IMG/VR virus record: IMGVR_UViG_3300018080_000110
Location: 64,001 to 128,000 of that record
Direction: 5' to 3' (one strand)
DNA length: 64,000 bases
Source of the DNA: a virus
Both the position numbers and the translations under genes were made by a program. This document shows positions 1 through 9,694 of this stretch, in pieces. Position 1 is the first letter of the stretch. Every line of letters starts with the position of its first letter. The notes below the pieces were generated by a model, which ran no database searches, was not told the origin of the DNA, and saw only the letters and a list, made by a program, of their open reading frames with translations.

Positions 1-476
1 AGACCGAATCCACCAGACCGGTAAGGAGGATACAAGACGTTCATCACATCTTGATCTCCTGGACGTTTTGCAGCGGAGTCGAAGAGCTCCGGGCGGAACA
101 TCGCTTTGCGGATTCTCTCCTTCGTGAGTGGTTGCGACTTCCCATTATGGACAAAGACGTCCATTGGGAACATTTTGCCCTCTTTGATGATGATCGGGAT
201 GAGAACTCGTTTCGTTCCCTGGAGCTTGTCTGGTGTTGCATCGTCCCGTTGGTTGATGGCCGTCTTGCTGGTCAGCTCCACCGAGCCAATGGCGTACCGT
301 CGCTCGGGGTCGAGCTCGTTCATCACTAGTCGCGGCTCGAAGTCTCCAACGTACGGCGCCTGCCTGTAGAGCTCGTTGATGATCTCTGCCTGCCAGTCGT
401 CCGGGTTTTCGGATAGACGGGTGAAGGCCTGAGCAAACTTCGGAAGACCGTTGGGGTCGTCGAGGAAAAGTTCCAT
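1..476 (-). CDS. Hypothetical virion-region protein, runs off the left edge (MELFLDDPNGLPKFAQAFTRLSENPDDW...)
   Basis: Read by hand: open frame from ATG 476 to the window edge, AGGAG RBS 9 nt upstream. Absent from the ORF track, probably because its stop lies outside the window. Confidence 0.75.
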   Translation of the reverse strand, partial: MELFLDDPNGLPKFAQAFTRLSENPDDWQAEIINELYRQAPYVGDFEPRLVMNELDPERRYAIGSVELTSKTAINQRDDATPDKLQGTKRVLIPIIIKEGKMFPMDVFVHNGKSQPLTKERIRKAMFRPELFDSAAKRPGDQDVMNVLYPPYRSGGFG

Positions 477-498
477 CGTTCTCATCTCCTAATGGCGG

Positions 499-528
499 AG
501 TCTACACCGTGTGAGATATGGCGATCAA
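499..528 (-). promoter_or_regulatory. sigma70-like promoter TTGATC-N18-TAGACT
   Basis: Just upstream of the RBS of the 1..476 gene; same pattern at 8807, 19080, 43624 and 51957. Confidence 0.5.
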
Positions 529-878
529 GGAATCTTATCTACCTCAGTGGATGTGGTAGCCCCGCCTCCGGTAATGAAATCAGCCCTGAGTTGGTTGTAT
601 TGCTCTATCAACTCATTGATCTTTTCCACGACCGGGGTTTCGATGTACTTAAAGATCTGTTCGAACAGCGCTCGCGAAACAGCGCGGGACAAGAGCCCAG
701 ATATATCGTCTGGGAGGTACGCGTCGCCCTTCTCCGGGACCATTACAATCTGGGTGGACCCGTCCGGCTGGGCCACCTTCTTCATCTCGTTCTTGATCGT
801 GACGTCTGTGGCCAAGGGATCTGAGGTCAGGTACTTGAACAACAGGTCCTCGAACCCTTTTTGTGCTGGGGCACTCAC
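525..878 (-). CDS. Hypothetical protein (117 aa)
   Basis: Overlaps the stop of the spike gene (coupled); plausible composition. Confidence 0.7.
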   Translation of the reverse strand: MSAPAQKGFEDLLFKYLTSDPLATDVTIKNEMKKVAQPDGSTQIVMVPEKGDAYLPDDISGLLSRAVSRALFEQIFKYIETPVVEKINELIEQYNQLRADFITGGGATTSTEVDKIP

Positions 879-2128
879 GGGGACACCCTAACCGTTTTCG
901 ACAAGATAGTAGGTAGGGCCCCGACCTTTGGGTCTGGGACGAACCACACAGGGAGGTGAATGTGTGTCGCTAGCCAAGCAACCAGAACCTCCCCCAAGAC
1001 AGCGGACACTCCAGGCGCCGGACCGAGCATGACCTGAGCTGCCTTGATCGTCTTTATGCCGGTGATGTTCTCGTTGCTGACTGCGGCTTTAAGACTGTGA
1101 CTGGTCTGCGCCTCTTGCGCGATGGATAGCGCTTTGAGAGTTCTGGCCCCGGTGATCTCTACGGTGTCCGTACCTTTGACTGTGACCTTACGGTCCTTTT
1201 CGATCGTGTACTCAAGCGATCCCTGCATCTCTACAGTTTGATCGCCTTCGCTGCCGATCGTCATCTTGAAGTTTGGGATACCCGACACGCTCCCATCACC
1301 AACCGTCACATTCTCCGGGGCCACTACCATCTCATAGCGGATATCATCGTCGACGTGTCCCATCTTGATCTGGATGTCCGCTTTGTCATTCTGCGCTTTG
1401 TCACGCAAGGTGAGGCGGTAGAGGACAGGGGCCTTCCCTCCTGGGTCGTTCTCCTGTCGTTGTACGGTCCACTCCAGCTCACCACCCGGAGTGTTGACCT
1501 CGTAGTTCTCGGCGAAGTGCCGCATGAAGTTCTTCAGCGGAACATAGACCGTCTGGCAAGTGGGGGTTCCTGCTATCTGGACAACCCCTCCCCTACGAAG
1601 AGCAATGAAGTTCTCGTCACGCGTACGGAGCATGATGTCGCCGGGGTTCATGTACGGACGACCTGCTCGAGCGGAAGCTCCAGTGGTTTTGAGCTCAGCG
1701 GAACCCGTGGAAGTTGTCGAGGCCGGTGCCCCCACCTTCTTCACGAGATCTTCGAGCTCTTCTGTTTCCGTATCTACCTCTCCGGCCTTATCTTCCAGGT
1801 TGTCCTGCTTGGCACCCTCTAGCTCAAAAGCTCCGATGAAGGCGAGCACGAATGGGGTGTCGTCGTCTGATGGTTGACACACCAGGCAGGCAGACCCCAC
1901 TTCCGGCATGGCGTAGATGCCCTCTCCGTTGTTTGTGTGAAAGTAAGGACCCGCTATCTGGCAATTGGTGACGGGCTTGCTTTCGTAATCTGTAAGCACG
2001 TCGACAGTGAAGTTCTTTAGATCGACGTTGTAGACAATCCCCTTTTCGATCCAAGCAGGATCCTGCTCGGATTTAGAGGGAGAGTTGTCCGTGCTCGTCA
2101 GAACTACGGGACCTACTTCTGCCACCAT
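875..2128 (-). CDS. Baseplate central spike / gp5-gpV-like protein
   Basis: N-terminal OB-fold-type segment (GIVYNVD..TVDV...GIYAMPEVGSACLV), beta-rich C-terminal repeats and a terminal H-x-H (THIH) like P2 gpV / phi92 gp138 spike tips. Confidence 0.7.
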   Translation of the reverse strand: MVAEVGPVVLTSTDNSPSKSEQDPAWIEKGIVYNVDLKNFTVDVLTDYESKPVTNCQIAGPYFHTNNGEGIYAMPEVGSACLVCQPSDDDTPFVLAFIGAFELEGAKQDNLEDKAGEVDTETEELEDLVKKVGAPASTTSTGSAELKTTGASARAGRPYMNPGDIMLRTRDENFIALRRGGVVQIAGTPTCQTVYVPLKNFMRHFAENYEVNTPGGELEWTVQRQENDPGGKAPVLYRLTLRDKAQNDKADIQIKMGHVDDDIRYEMVVAPENVTVGDGSVSGIPNFKMTIGSEGDQTVEMQGSLEYTIEKDRKVTVKGTDTVEITGARTLKALSIAQEAQTSHSLKAAVSNENITGIKTIKAAQVMLGPAPGVSAVLGEVLVAWLATHIHLPVWFVPDPKVGALPTILSKTVRVSP

Positions 2129-2138
2129 CGGTTAGATC

Positions 2139-2528
2139 CTAGAGCAACTTGGACGCGCCGTAACCGGCAGCCACAGGGACGGCTAGAGTTCCAGCCATCT
2201 GCCCATACCTAGATTTTCCAAGAGCCTTGAGGCCTCCCATGAACTGACTACCACCACGCTTACCAGCTGTGGCCGCACCAGCGCCCCAGATCTGCTTCAT
2301 GTGGGGGATAGTGCCTCCTGCTCGAACAGCGCCACCTCCGCCGATGCGAGAGGCCATGGCCCCTCCACGAGACATCGCCATCGGGACCTTTTTGGTGACG
2401 GCTTTCGTCAAGTGGCCCAGCCCAGATCCAAGGAACCTCAGAGCTCCACTAGCCAAAGCGTTCTTTTCGATTTCGGAAAGCTCGCTGAGGAAGGAGGTTG
2501 CCATCTTCGTCATGTACTCTTGATCCAT
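2139..2528 (-). CDS. Small basic Gly-rich putative internal virion protein with ELxxxEKNA leader
   Basis: N-terminal SFLSELSEIEKNA, then Gly/Ala/Lys-rich amphipathic segments and a hydrophobic C-terminus; GGAAGA-type RBS. Confidence 0.65.
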   Translation of the reverse strand: MDQEYMTKMATSFLSELSEIEKNALASGALRFLGSGLGHLTKAVTKKVPMAMSRGGAMASRIGGGGAVRAGGTIPHMKQIWGAGAATAGKRGGSQFMGGLKALGKSRYGQMAGTLAVPVAAGYGASKLL

Positions 2529-2537
2529 TGTCTTCCC

Positions 2538-5500
2538 TCAATATGGTTTCTTCTTGCCGAACTCCGCTCCATAAGCAAGAGCGGGGATCGGATGCTTACC
2601 GTGGATATTGCTGGACCATCCCTGATTTGCTGCGTCTATCACAGTAGAGTTCAGCTTCTCGTGGTTCAATCTTGCCATCCAATCTGTCTGAATGTCGAGC
2701 GGCAAAGTTTTTACACCCTTGAGCACGGGCGTATGTACGATGGGCTTCTTCTTACTAGCAGCTAGACGCTTGTTGAGAGCCTGTACCTTGGAAGTGGGAG
2801 CAAAATCTCCGCGGATGAACTCTGAGTGGTCTCCGGGGTCTTTCACCTGTGTCAGGTTTGTCATGCTCTTGACCACCGTTTCCACATTCCTTCTCCGGAT
2901 ACCCTCCCCCTTGTAGAGATCGTAGAGCTGCCCAGCCACGTACCCTTGCACCTTGTTGACGCCTGTCAGAGGCAGCATCTCGTGGATATTCACGGGACCT
3001 CTTGACAGAGGAGTGCCCTTAGAGAGCTGCATTCCCTTACGTAGTCTCCGAGGCCTGTCCCCGATGACAGCCATGGGCTCACCTCGATCTTGGGGCACGT
3101 AGTGACGAACTCCGTTGATCGACACATCAAACCCTCCAGCAGGGTTCTTCTTTATCTTATCCACTTTGCCGCTAACAGAACTGAGAGGTGCAGCCCCTGG
3201 TACGTGTTTCGGCATCTGCACGAGCTCTTGCACTCTGCTGAACTCGTCTGTCAGCAACGCCTTGGCCTGACCCTTCTTCCCTACGGGGGCAATGCCTCCC
3301 TCATGAAATGTGCGCATGGAGAGCTGTGTGGCTCTCTCACCAATGGATTGTGCGCTGGTGACGCCGACGTTCTTACCAGTCGGCGGGTTGTTTCCATCCT
3401 CGTCAAGCCCGTAGCACTTCGAGCAGATTCCATCTCCGTGCTCGCAGCGAAGAGGAGAACGGACCACGACACGACGTACCTTGTTGTTCCGTAGACTGTC
3501 CCTGACCCCGGGTGTGATTAGCGTACCTGCCTTGAAAGACTTAGATCCCGACTTTACCGGCACCGCAAGGTAACGATCGATGACGTCCCTTTCATCCACT
3601 GGGAGGCTGATGCCCTTGTTGGTGGCACAATCCTCAGTCCCAATAGAATTGTTCATCACCGAATTGATCATCTGCTTGGTGAAGTACCCAGGCTCTTGCA
3701 CAGCCTGGACCTTTTGGACGACGCCCTTTCTCGCCCCACTCATCTGGGTCCAGTAGTCTCCTATGTCCAAGCCTTCTGACCAGCTTTTGCGAATGGGTTC
3801 TGGGATGACCTCCCCCTTCGCGTTCATCATCAGCATGGGAGCCATCGTGATCTGTCGGTAGGCGCCCATCCGGGGCTTCACTCCCGCCTTCATCATCTGG
3901 TAGATGGTAGATCCCTTTTTGCCGTGCTTTTTCTCGATGGTGTTGATCATTTGCTCGGAAGCACGATCGTAGATCTGCACAGCCTTCTTCTGCTTGTCCT
4001 TCAATGACCCTTTGCCAGACATGATGTCTTTGACTTTGCGATCTGCAGCACGAAGGATTTGATCTCTTTCCGTTTTGTCGGCCTTGATGTCGGACAATCC
4101 AATGGACGCAGCGTGAGTGGTGGCGTACTGGTTGCCTAAGTCTTTGAGCTTGTTTGCGACTTCGCCAAAATCGTTCTTGTGCTGTTTCGCCACGGTAGTA
4201 AGGAGGTCACTTTGCCCATTGCCGTCCATGTTGATCTTGCCTTGGAGAACACTTTGTCTCATGGGTTTAGGCAGAGCATTGGCAACTAGAGCGCGGCCAA
4301 CAGTTGTGCGTGTCCCGCCGACCCTCACAACATCAGTCATGCCGATCTTCCCGGACTGTGCAGCCTTGGCTGCCTCAGAGGTGCTGGAGAAGGATTGATT
4401 GGTCTTCTTCCCCTCCTGAGTCAACATGTAGATCCCGAGTTGACTCTCATGTGTGGGTCGGTACATCAGCTTACCGGTAGCTGGACTGAACAGGTTTCTT
4501 GAGGGGAACATCTTCTTGGCCTCTTGCACCGCCTCATGGCCTACCGGAACAAAGGCACTCATTGAATCTCCGTCAAAGTCGGCATTATAGCCCGACGTCA
4601 CCAGCGGGTGGATCTTCACAGCTTTACCGGATGTAAGGATCGGTTTGAATGATTGGACTCCGTACTTATGCAGCACTGGATCTCTTTTGAGCAGCAGAGG
4701 TCTTTCTTCTACGACACGCTCTAAAGCACGTCTAGCTAAAGGATCTCCTTCTTTGACCATCTGCTGTGCTTTAAGAGGCGTGACATCGGCGATGTTCCTG
4801 AGCTCTCGCACAATGAATGGCTTGTAGATTTCCATCGCTGCTTTTTTCGGGATGCCTACTTGATCCAACCCAAGCTCTGGCTCTGGGATGATCGTCGAGC
4901 GCATGCTCATATCCTGCTTGCGCTTGACCAGCTTTGACTGGAAGTAGCTTTCCCGAGGTGGACCGCCCTTCTGCTTTGTGTCCTTGTCCAGCGTTCTTCC
5001 GGATATGATATCCATCACGCCGCGATAGCGCCGATTCTGGTACCCACCGACACCAGTGAGGGACTTCATGGCGTCATAGATCCCGGCTCGGCGTCGGTTG
5101 AACTCCTCGGGCAGCTCGTTCTTATGCGTGGACTTGAACTGCTTGATCTCTAGACCCAGACCTTTGTACATGTGATTCAAGTCGTCATTGATGATCGTAC
5201 CGTCGGGCGTAGAAGAGATCGGTCTCATAGATGGAGGCATCACGGGGACGTGTTGGGTCATGTACGCCTCGGTGGGGGACACGCCCAACTTCTTCAAGTT
5301 GCGTAGGTATTTCACCTTTTTGTTGATCTGATCTAGTCGGTTTCCTTTCAACCCTGGCTTTTGTAAGGCTTTTTCGGCCTCCGCTAGATCTTTGTCTACG
5401 TTGATCTTCTTCAGCAAATGAGATATGGCAGGCCCGGAAGAGATCCCCTTATCCGGAGAGGTGATCTTTCCAGTCTTGGGGTCGATGGCGGACGTACCGT

Positions 5501-8500
5501 CCATCAATGAATTGAGCTCTTTCTGCTTCATACCCGTCAGCGATAGGATCGACTTCTCGAACACAGGATTGGGCATCGGTTCGGGCAACTTGATGTGCGT
5601 CCACTTGGTTCCATCTCTGCCGCCAGTCTTGTCCTTATCAAAGATCCCACCTTTCTCTTCCTTGAGATCTTTGCCTGTCACCATCCTCCCAGCGTCTTTA
5701 ATCTCGCCGTTGCTCATCTCCTTGACGTCTTTGTCCAAGAGGGGCATCAGATTGATGTTGTTCCCTTCCTTAGCCATGTTCACGCCCATGGTCTTCATCA
5801 GGCTGGCGAACTTGTTGTAAGCGAAGGTTGGTTTAGGAGTAGGGAGTGGGTCTCCGGACTGAATAGCGGACCAAAACTGATCGTTGTTTTCTGCGTTGCT
5901 CTTGTAGGTCTGCATCTCTCTAATGTTTGCCGGCACCCCGTGGGCGAGCATGGCGTACATCCCGAGAGAATCCAGAGCCTGGGCGCCGTGTGGACCTCCC
6001 CCCTTCGGCATCTTGTTTCGGTCGTACGCATACCCCGGCCCACCAGCGCGAGCGATCAACTTCTTACCCACCTGGTGCTTCAGCTTGTGGATGTAGTGCG
6101 GGCCGACCAGAACCTTCCCCATGCTCTTGCCAGTCTTGGGGTCGAATAGCTCTTCCTTGTCCTCGATGCCGTGCTTCTTTAGCTCTTTTTCGATCTCTTC
6201 CCGTTTATCCGGGGAGCCGTCGAAGTTCTGGACCTTGAAAGGCTTGCCAGTCTTTTCGGCGATCTTACCTGCAGCTGTCTCTAGGACCTGGCCCAGGTTG
6301 AGACGTCCCGGTACACCAGCCGGGTTGAGGGCGACCTCTATGTGCTTGCCGTCCCCAGTCTTTGGCATCTCGTCGTCTTTGACGATCTTTGTGATGATGC
6401 CCTTGTTCCCACTCCGACCTGTGATCTTGTCGCCGATTTCTGCTGGCTCGTCTGTCTTGACGTGAACTTCTGTGCGCTTGCCTCGCTTTACTACGTTAGT
6501 CACAACTCCGGGGTGATCGTTCTCCCACGAAACGGACACGTTGTCGTGTGGGTGAGCCAAAGACCTGTGCATGCGACGACGGACTCTGTCCTCGTCTGTG
6601 TCTTCCCGCTTGCGCAAGGCCGCCACGAGTGTATCGCCCGGGAGGATTTTTTGTCCCTTGCGAACTACCCCGTCGTCGTCAAGCTTCTCTGCTTGTTCCT
6701 TCGTCAGAGCGCTATCGTACTCTGAGAGGAACTTCTGCTTGTTGAAGATATGATCTTTGGTCGTGTCTATACCCTTACGGTGCATGTGCTCGCTGGTCAT
6801 CTTTTTCGCAGCTGACTCTGATACCACGACTCCATCCTCGAAGTTGTAGCCGTGGAAGGGTACATAGGCTGTCTTCAAGTTTGTCCCCAGAGCCAAACGT
6901 CCGCCCTTGGTGAAGTTCGTATCGGCTACGGTCTGCCCTTTCTTTACTTTGTCCCCGACCTTGACCAAGGGCTCAGAATGGAGGAACCCCTTGTCGTCGT
7001 TCAAGGGGAAATGATCATAGATCTGTACTTCCTTCTCTTTTCCGTCTTTTCCTTTGACGACAACGGCATCCTTCTTCAAGGAGACGATCTCTCCCGAGAT
7101 AGGAGAGGTGTGGGAATTGATCTTCCCCATGAAGTCCACCAACCCGGACCCTTCCTTCTTCGCATCGATAACCGGCTCCACCAAGGGAGCCTCTCTATGC
7201 TTGAGAGGGATCGCCTGTTCCATTTGGCGTCCGGCGTACGTAGCCCTATTACCAGAGTTGTTCTGTAGGAAGGGGACCATATTGGAAGCGACAGAGAAGA
7301 GTTGAGCCGGAGCCGCCATCACGTAGTCGGCGCTCTTCATGCTACCTGACGAAACTTCGTTTTCCACGTCGCTCATCTTCACGGTCTTATGACGGGGGAC
7401 GGGTTTCCCGTCCTCCCACTTCACCTGATCCGGGAGGACGACTTTGGAGTGAAAAGCCTTTTTGGGGTCTACGTCCTCCATCTTTCCAGTTTTGATGTTG
7501 TACATCTTGGCCGTGACAGTACGCCCCTTTTTGGAAGCTCCTAAGGGTAGATGCAAAGTCACACCAGTTCTCGAACCCTCCGGAGTGTGGATCGAATCCA
7601 AGTACCCTAGGTGAGAAGGATTGACGAGCTTGGCGTCTTCCGTGATCGTGTGCTCGCTTTTGATCCCTCCCTCTCCCATGATCGTAGTCTTCATGGCCCC
7701 AGAGATCATCTCCAACGGGTTAGTTTGATCTGGCCTCGCCGAATGACCGGGTCCCGTGAACAGATTCTTCATGGGGCGGTTAAAGAGATCTGGTGCCACT
7801 ACTTCTCTGATCTTTTTCTTGCGGTCGATGTTGTTACCGACACGCCGCAAGATCTCCCCACTCTTTTTTGAAATGGCTTCTGAAGCAAAATCTTCTGTGG
7901 AGAGAAAGTTCTTGAACATCAAGCTGTCGCGATCGTCCTGCTTGACATCTCCTCGACTAATTCCCAACAACTTGTTAGCGGCAGCCAGGATTGTGTCGCC
8001 ACCCACCTTTTTGTCTTTCCTCCCCAAAGTGATCTCAGCCACTTCTGGGTCTAGCTCTGCCCCTCCCATGAACTCATGTAGGAACGCTTTAGCCTCTGAC
8101 GCATCTTTTGGTTTCTCTCTCGTCGTCGCACGGTAAAAACGCTCTAGAGCCTTAGCGTGGTCCCCAGATTTAGACTGGTTCGCCCGCAAGATCTGTTTAC
8201 CCCACTGCTTTTCGAGTTGCTCATCGGAGACCCCCATTTCCCTCATGACAGGATAGAGAGGGATGTTGGTATCACCCTTCTTCATAGAGAACTGAGAAGA
8301 GTCAGGGTCGAAGTACACCTTAAACGCGCTGCGACCCTTGAGGTGGAAAGAGGACTCCAGGTCCCCGCGGTCGTTACGACGGGAGTAGACACCCGGACGT
8401 AGACGCCACTGGTTGTCGATTTGTCTCTCTTGCCCGTCTACGATGTAACTATGCCGGCTTGTGACCTTGGGAAGATTAAGCAAGCGCTGTTTCCTCTGAT

Positions 8501-8747
8501 CGACTATCTTCCCGGTAGCGTTGTCGATCAAAGACATCTCGGCCTCGACGGGGACAGACCAAGTCCTCCCCTCCATCTTGGCCTTCTTTTGCGACCTGAT
8601 GTCGTCGATGTCTTTGTTGTCGTTGACGGATATGCTGTCTAGACGAAGAGTGCGCTTCTTTCCCTCGAACGGGAACACACCCTCTACAGCTTTGGAAACT
8701 TCAGCCTTTAGTGCTTCAAACCCTTCCTCTGGGTTCAGACGCGCCAT
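2538..8747 (-). CDS. rpoBC: Multisubunit-type DNA-directed RNA polymerase, beta and beta' fused in one polypeptide (~2070 aa)
   Basis: Beta motifs in order: YIVDGQER, DQTNPL, HTPEG, VPFLQNNSGNR, GYNFEDG, GDKITGRSGNKG, NPAGVPGRLNLGQ. Then beta' motifs: VPVMPPSMRP, LLKRDPVLH, catalytic NADFDGD (4566-4586), GARKG, RSPLRC..ICSKCYG, AQSIGERATQLSMRTFH. Start placed at ATG 8747 after AGGAGA. Confidence 0.96.
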   Translation of the reverse strand: MARLNPEEGFEALKAEVSKAVEGVFPFEGKKRTLRLDSISVNDNKDIDDIRSQKKAKMEGRTWSVPVEAEMSLIDNATGKIVDQRKQRLLNLPKVTSRHSYIVDGQERQIDNQWRLRPGVYSRRNDRGDLESSFHLKGRSAFKVYFDPDSSQFSMKKGDTNIPLYPVMREMGVSDEQLEKQWGKQILRANQSKSGDHAKALERFYRATTREKPKDASEAKAFLHEFMGGAELDPEVAEITLGRKDKKVGGDTILAAANKLLGISRGDVKQDDRDSLMFKNFLSTEDFASEAISKKSGEILRRVGNNIDRKKKIREVVAPDLFNRPMKNLFTGPGHSARPDQTNPLEMISGAMKTTIMGEGGIKSEHTITEDAKLVNPSHLGYLDSIHTPEGSRTGVTLHLPLGASKKGRTVTAKMYNIKTGKMEDVDPKKAFHSKVVLPDQVKWEDGKPVPRHKTVKMSDVENEVSSGSMKSADYVMAAPAQLFSVASNMVPFLQNNSGNRATYAGRQMEQAIPLKHREAPLVEPVIDAKKEGSGLVDFMGKINSHTSPISGEIVSLKKDAVVVKGKDGKEKEVQIYDHFPLNDDKGFLHSEPLVKVGDKVKKGQTVADTNFTKGGRLALGTNLKTAYVPFHGYNFEDGVVVSESAAKKMTSEHMHRKGIDTTKDHIFNKQKFLSEYDSALTKEQAEKLDDDGVVRKGQKILPGDTLVAALRKREDTDEDRVRRRMHRSLAHPHDNVSVSWENDHPGVVTNVVKRGKRTEVHVKTDEPAEIGDKITGRSGNKGIITKIVKDDEMPKTGDGKHIEVALNPAGVPGRLNLGQVLETAAGKIAEKTGKPFKVQNFDGSPDKREEIEKELKKHGIEDKEELFDPKTGKSMGKVLVGPHYIHKLKHQVGKKLIARAGGPGYAYDRNKMPKGGGPHGAQALDSLGMYAMLAHGVPANIREMQTYKSNAENNDQFWSAIQSGDPLPTPKPTFAYNKFASLMKTMGVNMAKEGNNINLMPLLDKDVKEMSNGEIKDAGRMVTGKDLKEEKGGIFDKDKTGGRDGTKWTHIKLPEPMPNPVFEKSILSLTGMKQKELNSLMDGTSAIDPKTGKITSPDKGISSGPAISHLLKKINVDKDLAEAEKALQKPGLKGNRLDQINKKVKYLRNLKKLGVSPTEAYMTQHVPVMPPSMRPISSTPDGTIINDDLNHMYKGLGLEIKQFKSTHKNELPEEFNRRRAGIYDAMKSLTGVGGYQNRRYRGVMDIISGRTLDKDTKQKGGPPRESYFQSKLVKRKQDMSMRSTIIPEPELGLDQVGIPKKAAMEIYKPFIVRELRNIADVTPLKAQQMVKEGDPLARRALERVVEERPLLLKRDPVLHKYGVQSFKPILTSGKAVKIHPLVTSGYNADFDGDSMSAFVPVGHEAVQEAKKMFPSRNLFSPATGKLMYRPTHESQLGIYMLTQEGKKTNQSFSSTSEAAKAAQSGKIGMTDVVRVGGTRTTVGRALVANALPKPMRQSVLQGKINMDGNGQSDLLTTVAKQHKNDFGEVANKLKDLGNQYATTHAASIGLSDIKADKTERDQILRAADRKVKDIMSGKGSLKDKQKKAVQIYDRASEQMINTIEKKHGKKGSTIYQMMKAGVKPRMGAYRQITMAPMLMMNAKGEVIPEPIRKSWSEGLDIGDYWTQMSGARKGVVQKVQAVQEPGYFTKQMINSVMNNSIGTEDCATNKGISLPVDERDVIDRYLAVPVKSGSKSFKAGTLITPGVRDSLRNNKVRRVVVRSPLRCEHGDGICSKCYGLDEDGNNPPTGKNVGVTSAQSIGERATQLSMRTFHEGGIAPVGKKGQAKALLTDEFSRVQELVQMPKHVPGAAPLSSVSGKVDKIKKNPAGGFDVSINGVRHYVPQDRGEPMAVIGDRPRRLRKGMQLSKGTPLSRGPVNIHEMLPLTGVNKVQGYVAGQLYDLYKGEGIRRRNVETVVKSMTNLTQVKDPGDHSEFIRGDFAPTSKVQALNKRLAASKKKPIVHTPVLKGVKTLPLDIQTDWMARLNHEKLNSTVIDAANQGWSSNIHGKHPIPALAYGAEFGKKKPY

Positions 8748-8806
8748 CGATGTATCTCCTTCCCGATCTCTGAGCGCCTCCAAGCGCTCTGCGGGTCGTC
8801 TGATGG

Positions 8807-8836
8807 AGATTATCAGCTTACGATCGCCTCAGTCAA
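8807..8836 (-). promoter_or_regulatory. sigma70-like promoter for the RNAP gene (TTGACT-N16-GATAAT or TTGACT-N18-TAATCT)
   Basis: In the divergent intergenic gap upstream of the RNAP RBS. Confidence 0.5.
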
Positions 8837-8872
8837 AAACAATGAGATTCTCGTTATAAGGAAGCTAGAAGG
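8835..8872 (+). promoter_or_regulatory. Putative phage-type promoter, A-tract...TATAAG
   Basis: TATAAG at 8855-8860 upstream of a plus-strand island; (T/G)ATAAG recurs at 19169, 36184 and 51995. Confidence 0.45.
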
Positions 8873-8903
8873 TCGATCTAACTTTTTTCCGAGGAGGGCA
8901 CAC

Positions 8904-9038
8904 ATGCCTGATAGAAAGAAGGAGAAGGATAGCCAGTTGTCTAGAGCTGAGCAGTGGTTGGACGATGTCATAGATCCCACTTCAGATCTAGACCAAGATG
9001 AGGAAGAAGAAGATCGAGAAGAGCAAAATGACGAGTAA
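8904..9038 (+). CDS. Small acidic protein (44 aa, MPDRKKEKDSQLSRAEQWLDDVID...)
   Basis: GAGGAGG RBS, ATG 8904, TAA 9036-9038; below the ORF-track size cutoff. Confidence 0.55.
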   Translation: MPDRKKEKDSQLSRAEQWLDDVIDPTSDLDQDEEEEDREEQNDE

Positions 9039-9210
9039 ATTAGTGCGAGCTGGTTTTTTGTTCGGCGTACTTTTGGCACTGAGTACTCATGTCAAATCTG
9101 CGGTGCGTAAGCTTCGGAAAATGAAGAAGGACGAAGAGGAGAAGGAAGACGATGGAGTGGCTGAATTCAGACAGCCCCGGCGACGAGAGCCCGTATTGTT
9201 CGTGTTGTGA
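9028..9210 (+). CDS. Small protein with N-terminal hydrophobic helix (MTSKLVRAGFLFGVLLAL...)
   Basis: ATG overlaps the end of the previous gene; hydrophobic stretch followed by a charged tail. Confidence 0.45.
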   Translation: MTSKLVRAGFLFGVLLALSTHVKSAVRKLRKMKKDEEEKEDDGVAEFRQPRRREPVLFVL

Positions 9211-9694
9211 CAGACAAATCGGAGTAGGCGTAGACGCCATCGCCCTCAGAGTAGGCAGCGTAAAGGGCGATGGGTCTAGTTTCTGTTTCACGCCGGACGA
9301 TTTCGACGACGGTAAAGACGTACGCTGGTTCCACTTTTCCTGCCTAGATCTATTGTTCGATTTCGCTGAATCAGATCAAGAGGCGGACATCACAGATTGC
9401 GGGTTCTGCCCAGAAGATTTGATCGGTGAAGAGAAATGTTACGAGATGGAGCTCGGTAGATTTGTCATCCGAGGGCCGGACACGTGGTGGCAGGAGGTAC
9501 GGGACAATGACGGGGTATGCGCCCGTGTCTGCGCCTGCACTGAGTGTCTAGAGCACAACATTGGTGAAGGAAACGAGTCAGAGCTACGGCGCCGTCTCGG
9601 TATGCCGGAAAGACCGCTTTGGGTCGCAGGAAGAGAGAAGAGCGTTCCAGCACATCTACGAAGAAGGGGCAGAGTACCGCCTCCTAGAACCTAG
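9152..9694 (+). CDS. Cys-rich (multi Zn-finger-like) hypothetical protein
   Basis: CSCC, HFSC, CGFC and CTEC pairs; converges on the portal stop. Confidence 0.7.
   Translation: MEWLNSDSPGDESPYCSCCDRQIGVGVDAIALRVGSVKGDGSSFCFTPDDFDDGKDVRWFHFSCLDLLFDFAESDQEADITDCGFCPEDLIGEEKCYEMELGRFVIRGPDTWWQEVRDNDGVCARVCACTECLEHNIGEGNESELRRRLGMPERPLWVAGREKSVPAHLRRRGRVPPPRT

Noticed and set aside
2538-8747. Host chromosomal rpoBC locus (window being bacterial)
   Set aside because: No ribosomal protein or other housekeeping neighbours; flanked by spike and portal genes; sequence is reduced and divergent.
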